NCBI RefSeq assembly: GCF_000299355.1 | Contig: NC_018664.1 | Location: 2,991,993-3,023,992 of the forward strand | Origin: Gottschalkia acidurici 9a | GTDB lineage: Bacteria > Bacillota > Clostridia > Tissierellales > Gottschalkiaceae | Length of the DNA: 32,000 bases | Reading direction: 5' to 3' | Shown here: piece by piece, positions 19,606 to 32,000 of the stretch | Layout of the letters: each line of letters begins with the position of its first letter | Position numbering within the stretch: position 1 is the stretch's first letter | Made by a program: the position numbers and the translations under genes | The notes under the pieces: generated by a model | The model's database searches: none | What the model was told of the DNA's origin: nothing | What the model saw: the letters and a program-made list of their open reading frames with translations, nothing else

Positions 19606-20667
19606 TTAAGAATTTAGAATTTCTTTTACACCTTTAACAAAAGCATCCATTTCTTCATCAGTCCCTATACTAACTCTTAAGAAGTTATCTATTCTAGGGC
19701 TGTTAAAGTATCTAACTAATATACCCTTTTCTTTTAATTTTATAAACAGTTCCTCTGCATTCACTGATGAGTGACTAATAAACACAAAATTTGCCTTAGA
19801 TTCTATTACATAGAATCCTATATTCTTTAGTTCATTTGATATTCTTTCTCTAGTATTTATTATTTTAGTTCTTGTTTCTTCAAAATATCCTTCATCTTTT
19901 ATTGCTTCTATTGATCCATATAGTGCCAGCGTGTCTATCGTATATGAATTTATAGAGTTCTTTATTCTATTCAATCCTTCTATTAGATCCTCATGTCCTA
20001 ATGCAAATCCCACTCTAAGTCCTGCTAGTGAACGTGACTTAGATAGTGTTTGAATTACTAATAAATTTGGATATTTATTAACTAGTTTAGCTGAAGATAT
20101 CCCTCCGAAGTCTATATAAGCTTCATCTACTATTACAACTTTATCCATATTCTTTTTCAAAATTTCTTCAATATATTCAATATCTATATATTTACCAGTT
20201 GGTGCATTTGGGTTTGGAAATATAATTCCACTATTTTTTTCACTAAAAGATTCTATTGGTATAGAAAAATTATCATCTAAAGATATTAAGTTATAATTTA
20301 TTTTAAATAAGTTGGCGTAAACTGGATAAAAGCTATATGTTATATCAGGGAAAATTATGGTTTCTCCTGGATTAAAAAATGCCATAAAAGCGAAGGCTAA
20401 AACTTCATCAGATCCATTTCCTATAAATACTTGTGTATTTTTCAGAGAGTAGTACTCACCTATTGTATCTCTAAGTTTTTCCACTGTTGGCTCTGGATAT
20501 AACTTTAATTTCTCATTTGCTGTATTCTTTATAGCTTCTATAACTCTTTTTGAAGGTGGATATGGATTTTCATTAGTATTAAGTTTAATATAAGTTTTGT
20601 CCTTTGGCTGTTCCCCAGGTATATATGGTTTTATTTCTTTTGTTATTTCACTCCAGTACTTACTCAT
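19606..20667 (-). CDS. hisC: Histidinol-phosphate aminotransferase
   Basis: 353 aa; PLP-dependent class I/II features: YIKLNTNENPYPPS, FIGNGSDEVLAFAFMAF, FPNPNAPTGKYI, VVDEAYIDFGG, QTLSKSRSLAGLRVGFALG. Confidence 0.9.
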   Translation of the reverse strand: MSKYWSEITKEIKPYIPGEQPKDKTYIKLNTNENPYPPSKRVIEAIKNTANEKLKLYPEPTVEKLRDTIGEYYSLKNTQVFIGNGSDEVLAFAFMAFFNPGETIIFPDITYSFYPVYANLFKINYNLISLDDNFSIPIESFSEKNSGIIFPNPNAPTGKYIDIEYIEEILKKNMDKVVIVDEAYIDFGGISSAKLVNKYPNLLVIQTLSKSRSLAGLRVGFALGHEDLIEGLNRIKNSINSYTIDTLALYGSIEAIKDEGYFEETRTKIINTRERISNELKNIGFYVIESKANFVFISHSSVNAEELFIKLKEKGILVRYFNSPRIDNFLRVSIGTDEEMDAFVKGVKEILNS

Positions 20668-20764
20668 CTATTCTTCGCTCCTTTAAGTGGTGTTCAGAAG
20701 CTTTATACTAGCTCCTAGATCCATAGTTGTATTCTTAATGAATATTCTATCATAAAGTTGATCT

Positions 20765-21871
20765 TTATTGACTTACAATCTCAAATATATCTATTTTATT
20801 GTTTGTAAATATAAATACTTTGTTATTAGCTTTATCAACTTTCTTTGCCTTTTCTTTTATTCTATACTTTAAGTTTATTTTTTCTTTTTTTATTCCTAGT
20901 AACTCTTCATCCCCTGCTAAGATAATATCATCATTATCAATAATTATCTGATTATATATCTTGTTAAATGTCTTTTTATATTTTCTATCTCCGTCATTAT
21001 CTAAAACTTCTAAGTTTGTATTTTTGTCCCCATATAATATATATATTTCTTTACTACCTAAAGTTTTTATGTCCTTTAAGTTGTAATCTATATCTTTACT
21101 CCATAATACTTTACCTTTATTATCAATACATATTATCTGTTTATCCTCTACTAAAACCATCTTTTTATTATCTAAAAACAAGGTATTATATATTAGTTTT
21201 TTCTCTAAATCTTTTTCCCAAACTATATTTCCTTTGTTATCTAAATAAGTTAAATCACTTTTTAATTCTGTAGATTTTTTATCAATATCAGTTACTATAT
21301 AATTATTCTTGTCCTGTGATACATTTGCTGATAGTATTTCTTTGTTGTTTTTATCATTACTTAAAACTTCATTTCCATTTTGATCTAATATCGTAATTCT
21401 TCTTATATCCTCATTTACCTTAGAATATATAAATAAGTACTCTTGATTTTCCGATATAGTGTATATCGGGTACTTTGTATCGTATGACCATATTTTCTTT
21501 CCATCTATATCAATTTTATCTATGTTTCCTTTTTCTTTATCTCCTATATATATTCCCTTTTCTCCTAAGCATACTATCTCTTTATCTTCGTCAATATTCC
21601 TATGCCAATTTTTTTGATTATCGAAACTGTAAGATACCAACTTCCCATCATCAGTAATCATTACAGAGTCATCATACCCTTTCATATTAATCTTTTCATT
21701 CCAATTAACTTCTATATGTCCTCTGTTTATTAATTTTTTCTCTCTAACGCTAGTTATATCTTCTATCTTCTCTTTTACAAGAGTTATAGTAAATATAAGT
21801 ATTATAAATGAGATTAAAGATATAGATGCTCTCCTTTTATTAACTTTTGTTTTTGATGTCAATTTTTTCAC
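20765..21871 (-). CDS. Membrane-anchored PQQ-like beta-propeller protein of unknown function
   Basis: 368 aa; N-terminal TM segment and repeats such as SYSFDNQKNWHRNIDEDKE, IDIDGKKIWSYDTK, LDNKGNIVWEKDLEKK, IDNKGKVLWSKDIDY. Confidence 0.7.
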   Translation of the reverse strand: MKKLTSKTKVNKRRASISLISFIILIFTITLVKEKIEDITSVREKKLINRGHIEVNWNEKINMKGYDDSVMITDDGKLVSYSFDNQKNWHRNIDEDKEIVCLGEKGIYIGDKEKGNIDKIDIDGKKIWSYDTKYPIYTISENQEYLFIYSKVNEDIRRITILDQNGNEVLSNDKNNKEILSANVSQDKNNYIVTDIDKKSTELKSDLTYLDNKGNIVWEKDLEKKLIYNTLFLDNKKMVLVEDKQIICIDNKGKVLWSKDIDYNLKDIKTLGSKEIYILYGDKNTNLEVLDNDGDRKYKKTFNKIYNQIIIDNDDIILAGDEELLGIKKEKINLKYRIKEKAKKVDKANNKVFIFTNNKIDIFEIVSQ

Positions 21872-21891
21872 TCCTTAGTTCTTAAACAAAT

Positions 21892-22989
21892 CTAGCGTGA
21901 GGTCTTTGCAAATATCTTTTTATATATGCTTATAAATACAAATAAAAATAAAAATAGTGATCCTATATACCCAAATATAGGATAAAAAGTACTTACTAAA
22001 TTAGAAAATCCTATTCTCGCAAAAGGAACTGTTACGGCACAAAGTACTATTGCAACTATTTTAAAGTTTATTTTAGTAACTACACTAACTCTACTTATAA
22101 GCCCAAATCCGTTTCCTACCGCAGTAGTAAACATAGCGATCCAAAGTATAACACTATACATAACCTCTCCGCCTGATCCTATATATGAAGCTGCCTTTAT
22201 CATAGGTATTTCAATTTGATATACGTCTTTGTATAATATTAGTAAAGGTAAAATTATAAATAGAGACAACAAGCCTAATCCTAGGCCTCCCATTATACCA
22301 CCTGTTATAGCTGACCTCTTGTTCTTAATAATAGGTAAAAGTGAAGATAGTACTGCCACTGCAGATAATATATTATAACTTACATATAATATTGAAGAAA
22401 TAAACCAGTTATATTTAAAAGGTTTATTAGGTCCTATATATGTCGTATTTACTCCTTCTACATTAACAACAAGAAGTCCTATAACAACGATGACAATTAT
22501 TAAAAATGGTATCAATATAGTATTAACTATAGATATCCCTCTCACGCTATACATCATTGTAATCAGTGCTAGAACAGCCATTACCGCAAGTCCTATATCA
22601 TATGACATATTCAACTGATTTTTAAATAATGTACCGCTTCCTGCTAACATTATACAAAAACTCATAAATAGATAAGACAACATAAAAAGTTCTATTATTA
22701 TACCTAGCTTCTTCCCCAATACAGGAAATATGATGTCCTGATAACTTTGATATTTTCCTGTATATACTTTTAGCAAAATTACTGCAGCTATTATAGCAAA
22801 TAGTATAGACGATAATATTATTCCAAATATTCCTTTCGTTCCATAGTCCCCGAAAAATTGTAATATTTCTTTACCTGATGCGAAACCCGCACCTATTACC
22901 GTACCTATGTAGATACTTGCTATTTCCTTCCACTTTGTTTTATTCTCAATAGTATTTATTCCTCTCAGTCTAATATCCGTTGTTATCAA
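21892..22989 (-). CDS. YkvI-like membrane transporter
   Basis: 365 aa, about 10 TM segments; IASIYIGTVIGAGFASGKEILQFFGDYGTKGI. The TTG start at 22989 is uncertain. Confidence 0.8.
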   Translation of the reverse strand: MITTDIRLRGINTIENKTKWKEIASIYIGTVIGAGFASGKEILQFFGDYGTKGIFGIILSSILFAIIAAVILLKVYTGKYQSYQDIIFPVLGKKLGIIIELFMLSYLFMSFCIMLAGSGTLFKNQLNMSYDIGLAVMAVLALITMMYSVRGISIVNTILIPFLIIVIVVIGLLVVNVEGVNTTYIGPNKPFKYNWFISSILYVSYNILSAVAVLSSLLPIIKNKRSAITGGIMGGLGLGLLSLFIILPLLILYKDVYQIEIPMIKAASYIGSGGEVMYSVILWIAMFTTAVGNGFGLISRVSVVTKINFKIVAIVLCAVTVPFARIGFSNLVSTFYPIFGYIGSLFLFLFVFISIYKKIFAKTSR

Positions 22990-23220
22990 AAATCTACTTA
23001 GTTAGGTCTCCGCAATGTTCTTAGATTCTTGATAACTACCTCCTTTCTTACTATACTTTTAAATAAATTATTGAACATTGTTTTTAAAACCCTTTTATTA
23101 TGTATACTCCGGGATATTAGCAAATACTACTAATATTTATTATATATCTTTTAATGGAACTTATCTATATTTAGCACTTAATATGATACCTGGAAAGAAT
23201 AGGATACCCTCAAAAAATAA

Positions 23221-23248
23221 AAAAGAACTCAGTCATCTGAATTCTTTT
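23221..23248 (-). terminator. Terminator downstream of the XRE regulator
   Basis: Minus strand AAAAGAATTCAG-ATGA-CTGAGTTCTTTT followed by TATTTTTT. Confidence 0.6.
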
Positions 23249-23374
23249 AATCCTTTTTTCATAATCTTTTACTAGAAAAAATTCATCCCAGTACAACAAT
23301 ACTTTTCTTATTCACACACTATCTTTAATTATTATATAAGAATAATATTGATCTTTTCATCTTCCCTAATATCC

Positions 23375-23593
23375 TTATTTTCTTTTATAAGGTCTACTTT
23401 CATCCGTACCCTCAACCAAATAATCGATACTTGTGTCAAATAAATCAGCAATCTTGATAAGAGCTTGAATTGAAAAGTTAGATTTACCTAACTCATATTC
23501 TGAATAAGTTGTTTGATGAATATTAAGGTAATCGGCCATTTCTTTTTGTGTCATATCTCTATCCTCTCGAAGGTTTCTTATTCGCTTAAACAT
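23375..23593 (-). CDS. XRE-family helix-turn-helix transcriptional regulator
   Basis: 72 aa; IRNLREDRDMTQKEMADYLNIHQTTYSEYELGKSNFSIQALIKIADLFDTSIDYLV. Confidence 0.93.
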   Translation of the reverse strand: MFKRIRNLREDRDMTQKEMADYLNIHQTTYSEYELGKSNFSIQALIKIADLFDTSIDYLVEGTDESRPYKRK

Positions 23594-23624
23594 AATAATA
23601 TCACCTCTGTATATTATTATGTAT

Positions 23625-23666
23625 TAAGGGCTACACCCTTATTGACCCTTAAGGGTAATTCCCTTA
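23625..23666 (-). promoter_or_regulatory. Cluster of CCCTTA/TAAGGG half-sites upstream of the XRE gene
   Basis: TAAGGG 23625..23630, CCCTTA 23636..23641, CCCTTAAGGG 23646..23655, CCCTTA 23661..23666. Confidence 0.5.
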
Positions 23667-23960
23667 GAATAGAACTGATTTTCGAACTCCTTGAATAAGA
23701 AAAAAATTAGTTAAGCTATTTTCAGATTTTTATGTAGAAAATTTAAGATTCAAAAAATGGTCGATAGTGAACTTTATAGGTTCTAGTTGATAAGTTCTTA
23801 GAATTGACAAGGCAAAGCGCCGTACTGAAAAGATTGACAATAAAAGTATTATACAATTTTATTGATTATATTATAGTTCATCATAGAAGAAAACAAGCAC
23901 TGTTATAATCAAAGATTAGATATTTACCTTAAATACACTTGTAGTTGTCTACTAAAAATA

Positions 23961-23997
23961 AAAAAGTAGTAATAACAATCTTGACTGTCATTACTAC
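23961..23997 (-). terminator. Terminator of the rRNA/tRNA operon
   Basis: GTAGTAAT...ATTACTAC hairpin; on the minus strand it is followed by TTTTTTATTTTT. Confidence 0.8.
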
Positions 23998-24010
23998 TCA
24001 CTTTTCACAT

Positions 24011-24087
24011 TGGTCGGGGTGGAGGGACTCGAACCCCCGGCCCCATGGTCCCAAACCACGTACGCTACCAAACTGCGCTACACCCCG
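24011..24087 (-). tRNA. tRNA-Pro (TGG)
   Basis: CGGGGTGTAGCGCAGTTTGGTAGCGTACGTGGTTTGGGACCATG...CACCCCGACCA. Confidence 0.95.
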
Positions 24088-24135
24088 ATATATATCATTT
24101 GATTTTAATAAAAATCCAAACTAATTAAGCATTAT

Positions 24136-24224
24136 TGGCGGAGGAGGTGGGATTCGAACCCACGTGGGCTTGCACCCTAACGGTTTTCAAGACCGCCCCG
24201 TTATGACCACTTCGGTACCCCTCC
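24136..24224 (-). tRNA. tRNA-Ser (TGA)
   Basis: GGAGGGGTACCGAAGTGGTCATAACGGGGCGGTCTTGAAAACCG...long variable arm...CTCCTCCGCCA. Confidence 0.93.
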
Positions 24225-24228
24225 GGAT

Positions 24229-24304
24229 TGGTGATCCATCCGCGACTCGAACGCGGGACACCCTGATTAAAAGTCAGGTGCTCTACCGACTGAGCTAATA
24301 GATC
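24229..24304 (-). tRNA. tRNA-Lys (TTT), second copy
   Basis: GATCTATTAGCTCAGTCGG...CTTTTAA...ATGGATCACCA. Confidence 0.95.
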
Positions 24305-24320
24305 ACAAAATATTTACTTC

Positions 24321-24396
24321 TGGCTGGGGTAGCAGGACTCGAACCTACGCATGCCAGAATCAAAATCTGGTGCCTTACCAACTTGGCGATACCCCA
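24321..24396 (-). tRNA. tRNA-Gln (TTG)
   Basis: TGGGGTATCGCCAAGTTGGTAAGGCACCAGATTTTGATTCTGG...ACCCCAGCCA. Confidence 0.95.
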
Positions 24397-24416
24397 ACAT
24401 GTTATATATTATTTAT

Positions 24417-24493
24417 TGGCGTGCCTACAGGGATTCGAACCCCGGACACTCGGCTTAGAAGGCCGATGCTCTATCCAGCTGAGCTATAGGCAC
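24417..24493 (-). tRNA. tRNA-Arg (TCT)
   Basis: GTGCCTATAGCTCAGCTGGATAGAGCATCGGCCTTCTAAGCCGA...TAGGCACGCCA. Confidence 0.95.
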
Positions 24494-24501
24494 TCGTTTT
24501 T

Positions 24502-24575
24502 TGGAGCGGGTGAAGGGAATCGAACCCTCGCAACTGGCTTGGAAGGCCAGGGCTCTACCACTGAGCTACACCCGC
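24502..24575 (-). tRNA. tRNA-Gly (TCC)
   Basis: GCGGGTGTAGCTCAGTGGTAGAGCCCTGGCCTTCCAAGCCAG...CACCCGCTCCA. Confidence 0.95.
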
Positions 24576-24586
24576 ATATTATATTT

Positions 24587-24672
24587 TGGTGGAGGAGACT
24601 GGATTCGAACCAGTGAAAGCGAAGCTAACGGATTTACAGTCCGTCCCCTTTGGCCAGCTCGGGAACTCCTCC
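24587..24672 (-). tRNA. tRNA-Tyr (GTA)
   Basis: GGAGGAGTTCCCGAGCTGGCCAAAGGGGACGGACTGTAAATCCG...long variable arm...CTCCTCCACCA. Confidence 0.95.
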
Positions 24673-24676
24673 ATAT

Positions 24677-24752
24677 TGGTGGGCGCGACAGGGCTCGAAC
24701 CTGTGACCCCCTGCTTGTAAGGCAGGTGCTCTCCCAGCTGAGCTACGCGCCC
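24677..24752 (-). tRNA. tRNA-Val (TAC), second copy
   Basis: GGGCGCGTAGCTCAGCTGGGAGAGCACCTGCCTTACAAGCAGG...CGCGCCCACCA. Confidence 0.95.
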
Positions 24753-24787
24753 GTAATTTTATTACGGATTTCTGGGATTTTCTTTTT

Positions 24788-24862
24788 TGGTGACCCTACC
24801 GGGATTCGAACCCGGGTTACCGCCGTGAAAGGGCGGTGTCTTAACCGCTTGACCATAGGGCC
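24788..24862 (-). tRNA. tRNA-Glu (TTC), second copy
   Basis: Same sequence as the copy at 9209..9283. Confidence 0.95.
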
Positions 24863-24869
24863 ATCTATA

Positions 24870-24946
24870 TGGTAGCGGTGAACGGATTTGAACCGCTGAC
24901 ACTGCGGGTATGAACCGCATGCTCTAGCCAACTGAGCTACACCGCC
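24870..24946 (-). tRNA. tRNA-Met (CAT), elongator type
   Basis: GGCGGTGTAGCTCAGTTGGCTAGAGCATGCGGTTCATACCCGCA...CACCGCTACCA. Confidence 0.9.
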
Positions 24947-25024
24947 ATATTCAACTCGTAAAACTGATTTTTTCCAAGTTAATACTCAGCCTTAAGCTGA
25001 GTTCATGTTTTAGTTTATATATTT

Positions 25025-25099
25025 TGGTTGCGGGGACCGGATTTGAACCGATGACCTTCGGGTTATGAGCCCGACGAGCTGCCGCTGCTCCACCCCGCG
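25025..25099 (-). tRNA. Initiator tRNA-fMet (CAT)
   Basis: CGCGGGGTGGAGCAGCGGCAGCTCGTCGGGCTCATAACCCGAAGG...CCCCGCAACCA; unpaired first base and GGG/CCC anticodon stem. Confidence 0.93.
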
Positions 25100-25112
25100 A
25101 TAATAGTTATCT

Positions 25113-25223
25113 AGCAACGTCTTACTCTCCCAGGCAGTTTCCCACCAAGTACCATTAGCGCTGAAGGGCTTAACTTCTGTGTTCGGTATGGGAACAGGTG
25201 TGACCCCTTCGCTATCGTCACTA
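25113..25223 (-). rRNA. rrf: 5S ribosomal RNA, distal copy
   Basis: Plus strand AGCAACGTCTTACTCTCCCAGGCAGTTTCCCACC...GTGTTCGGTATGGGAACAGGTGTGACCCC...TCGTCACT. Ends approximate. Confidence 0.92.
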
Positions 25224-25241
25224 AATATAATAACATTTTTT

Positions 25242-25330
25242 TGGTGCCGAGGACCGGAATCGAACCGGTACGATCTTTAAGGATCGCAGGATTTTAAGTC
25301 CTGTGCGTCTGCCAGTTCCGCCACCCCGGC
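25242..25330 (-). tRNA. tRNA-Leu (TAA)
   Basis: GCCGGGGTGGCGGAACTGGCAGACGCACAGGACTTAAAATCCTG...CCTCGGCACCA. Confidence 0.95.
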
Positions 25331-25336
25331 AAAAAA

Positions 25337-25411
25337 TGGCTCTCAGGGTGGGACTCGAACCCACAACCTACCGATTAACAGTCGGGTGCTCCACCGTTGA
25401 GCTACCTAAGA
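25337..25411 (-). tRNA. tRNA-Asn (GTT)
   Basis: TCTTAGGTAGCTCAACGGTGGAGCACCCGACTGTTAATCGG...CCTGAGAGCCA. Confidence 0.94.
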
Positions 25412-25420
25412 ATAAAAACC

Positions 25421-25532
25421 AGCAACGTCTTACTCTCCCAGGCAGTCTCCCGCCAAGTACCATCAGCGCTGAAGGGCTTAACTTCTGTGTTCGGTATGGG
25501 AACAGGTGTGACCCCTTCGCTATCGTCACTGG
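25421..25532 (-). rRNA. rrf: 5S ribosomal RNA, proximal copy
   Basis: Same 5S signature sequence, adjacent to the 23S 3' end. Ends approximate. Confidence 0.92.
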
Positions 25533-25604
25533 ATTTCTTTGCTTTTTTAAAGATGTTTTGCACCTTCAAAACTACACAGCGATTAGATTATTCTTTAATA
25601 TATT

Positions 25605-28537
<2,933 letters not shown>

Positions 28538-28707
28538 CAGTTAGTAAGTAAATATCAAATAAGTTTGACATTCACTACTCAATTTATTATTGAGATTTAA
28601 TTTTCCTTAATATATTAATATATCTCGGTTAATTGTATTTTAATCTATTTCGCTGTGTAGTTTTCAAGGTACAAATGAAATTACGACAACATCTTATAGG
28701 TTTTTAT

Positions 28708-28783
28708 GGTGGAGATGAGGAGATTCGAACTCCTGACCCCCTGCTTGCAAGGCAGGTGCTCTCCCAACTGAGCTACACCCCCG
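28708..28783 (-). tRNA. tRNA-Ala (TGC) in the 16S-23S spacer
   Basis: GGGGGTGTAGCTCAGTTGGGAGAGCACCTGCCTTGCAAGCAGG...CATCTCCACCA. Confidence 0.95.
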
Positions 28784-28874
28784 CATACCTAAAGTCGTCT
28801 CTGAAATCTAAGATTTCTTCGTAACTTCTATTTCTGAGAGTTTTGGTCTCTCAAAATTAAACAGTAAAAAGCGT

Positions 28875-30407
<1,533 letters not shown>

Positions 30408-30531
30408 TAAAAGTTTTCTGTCTCAGCTTCTGCTGACTGCTCTATTTGATGTTGAGCTTCATTTGTTATTAATTCTAGGAATTAACTTGCTTTTTACTGT
30501 TTAATTTTCAAAGACCAAAGTCTGCTTTATT

Positions 30532-30560
30532 ATTCTAACATTCTTTTAAGTTCTTGTCAA
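30532..30560 (-). promoter_or_regulatory. rRNA operon promoter, proximal
   Basis: Minus strand TTGACA (30555..30560) - 17 bp - TAGAAT (30532..30537). Confidence 0.8.
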
Positions 30561-30626
30561 GAAGTTTTTTAAACTTTTTTATCACTTCTTGTTTTTATTT
30601 GTCGCTTTCTTGTGGCGACTCTTATT

Positions 30627-30655
30627 ACTTTACCAGATTTCTTTTTCTTTGTCAA
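30627..30655 (-). promoter_or_regulatory. rRNA operon promoter, middle
   Basis: Minus strand TTGACA (30650..30655) - 17 bp - TAAAGT (30627..30632). Confidence 0.75.
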
Positions 30656-30749
30656 CACTTTTTTCAAACTTTTTTATTTATCTTTTAAGTTCCATTAAGT
30701 ATCTCTAAGAAAGTTCTATTGTTCGCCATCTCTCGTGGCGGCTTTTACT

Positions 30750-30778
30750 ACTTTATCAAATCTCACCTATCATGTCAA
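30750..30778 (-). promoter_or_regulatory. rRNA operon promoter, distal
   Basis: Minus strand TTGACA (30773..30778) - 17 bp - TAAAGT (30750..30755). Confidence 0.75.
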
Positions 30779-30993
30779 TACTTTTTCTAAATTTTTATCC
30801 ATATTATTTATCAAGTCTTAATCTTTATTAAAGTAAGAAGTTATGAGAATAGGTCTTTATCCCTACTCTCATAACTTCTTTATATTCCTAAACATTATCC
30901 TATTACTTTTATCTTAATTAAGAATTTTTTATTTTTCTATTAGCATTTTCATTTGATAACTAAATGCTTATAATTAAATATGCTTATGGTAAC

Positions 30994-32000
30994 CTACTTA
31001 AGGTTAGTTAAATAATATTTATCGCCAACTTTCTGAACGTCATATTGCCATGTATGTTTAACAATATTTTCACCGCCATCAGCTTTATACACTTTGTGAC
31101 TTTCAGACACCGTAAGGTAATATTTAGCGTTATCAATTTTTTGTACTTTTATAAGTTCATGGCTTATATAGTCTTCCTTTATTCCTTGTTCATTTAAATT
31201 CTTTATGAGTTTAAGCTGGGCATTGTATAGATTACTTCCCTTTAGTATATAAGGTGATGCATAGCTAAAATCATTATAATTTATAGCATTTACTAACCCA
31301 ACTTCATAGTTGTATACTAATTCATTCAATGTTTCTTCAATTGAGTTTTCTTTGTCTTCTAAATTTAATTTGTAGCTTGTACTATGATTTACTACTTTCT
31401 CATCACTTTCTATTATCCCGTTCTCTGCTGTTGCTTTACTCTGTATGGTTATGGATCCATCTAAAGGAATTGGGCCAAAGTTATGAATATCTTTTACTAG
31501 TAATCCTGTATCTTTGCCATTTACGTACAGTTTAGCATCATCTCTATTAGAATATATATCTATATATCCAATATTTAAATCTAGTGAAACTTCAATAGTA
31601 TCTTCTACTTCATTCCATATCTTTATCTTTTCAGTTATCTCTGACTTTCCGTATTTACCGCTATATTCTACCTTTACATTATACTCTCCTGGAATTATAT
31701 TTTTATAGTGTAACTTACCCTCATCATTAGTTTCTCCTATGGCCTTATTATCTAAGTAAACTTTTGAGTTAGGTGCATTCGTAGTTAGTACTAGATTGAT
31801 TGTGTTTACATTTATAACAAATTTATCATATAAAAGCTTTTCTTTTCCGTCTTTTGATATAAACACGTTATAGCTATCATCTACTTCTTTATCAAATATT
31901 CTTATATCCATACTGCCCATGTTATTTAGTAGATTAGTTATCTTTTTTACATCTTCGTCTATTAGATGTGTCTTTCCTTTAACCTTAATGTATTTACCTA
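30994..32000 (-). CDS. TcaA-like protein with PEGA-like domains, 5' end beyond the window
   Basis: ORF track gives 308 aa from an internal ATG at 31920, but the frame stays open to 32000 (GKYIKVKGKTHLIDEDVKKITNLLNN-MGSMD...). Repeats NSKVYLDNKAIG and DAKLYVNGKDTG; C-terminal SESHKVYKADGGENIVKHTWQYDVQKVGDKYYLTNL. Confidence 0.75.
   Translation of the reverse strand, partial: GKYIKVKGKTHLIDEDVKKITNLLNNMGSMDIRIFDKEVDDSYNVFISKDGKEKLLYDKFVINVNTINLVLTTNAPNSKVYLDNKAIGETNDEGKLHYKNIIPGEYNVKVEYSGKYGKSEITEKIKIWNEVEDTIEVSLDLNIGYIDIYSNRDDAKLYVNGKDTGLLVKDIHNFGPIPLDGSITIQSKATAENGIIESDEKVVNHSTSYKLNLEDKENSIEETLNELVYNYEVGLVNAINYNDFSYASPYILKGSNLYNAQLKLIKNLNEQGIKEDYISHELIKVQKIDNAKYYLTVSESHKVYKADGGENIVKHTWQYDVQKVGDKYYLTNLK

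Noticed and set aside
20968-21657. Plus-strand ORFs 20968..21273 and 21475..21657
   Set aside because: Antisense to the propeller-like CDS; Tyr/Phe/Leu-rich composition expected from reverse complement of AT-rich Lys/Asn/Asp codons.
23078-23275. 65-aa plus-strand ORF
   Set aside because: Overlaps a probable terminator and has no recognisable domain or RBS; cannot be supported.
24383-24931. ORFs with text such as GLEPRTLGLEGRCSIQLSYRH and DPTGIRTRVTAVKGRCLNRLTIGP
   Set aside because: These are translations across tRNA genes, a well-known spurious protein type in databases.
24011-25533. Possible CRISPR-like or dispersed repeat array because of repeated GGATTCGAAC segments
   Set aside because: The repeated motif is the tRNA T-arm; every repeat is accounted for by a tRNA gene.

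Overview
This 32 kb window is AT-rich Firmicutes/Clostridia chromosome. The gene order resembles Peptostreptococcaceae, which is an inference from content rather than a database result. Left end: a MATE efflux pump running off the edge and a complete large serine recombinase (1358..2965). The recombinase abuts, 21 bp later, an in-frame but headless C-terminal part of an S8 subtilisin-like protease (2987..3727). This looks like one boundary of an integrated element, possibly skin-like, that splits a protease gene; it is the strongest candidate for something undescribed. Middle: a conserved replication/translation neighbourhood with a G5/M23 peptidase, a DnaD-like protein, a DnaC/DnaI-like loader, ddh, five tRNAs, GNAT, dnaB, rplI (apparent frameshift), gdpP, a DUF2232 protein, a MazG-like protein, rpsR-ssb-rpsF, DUF951, MscS, DUF3343, yedF, DUF2089, hisC, a beta-propeller-like protein, a YkvI-like transporter and an XRE regulator. 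Right: a complete minus-strand rRNA/tRNA operon (16S-tRNA-Ala-23S-5S-tRNA-Asn/Leu-5S-11 tRNAs in sequence order) behind three tandem promoter-like sequences. A TcaA-like protein runs off the right edge. No CRISPR array or defence cluster was recognised.
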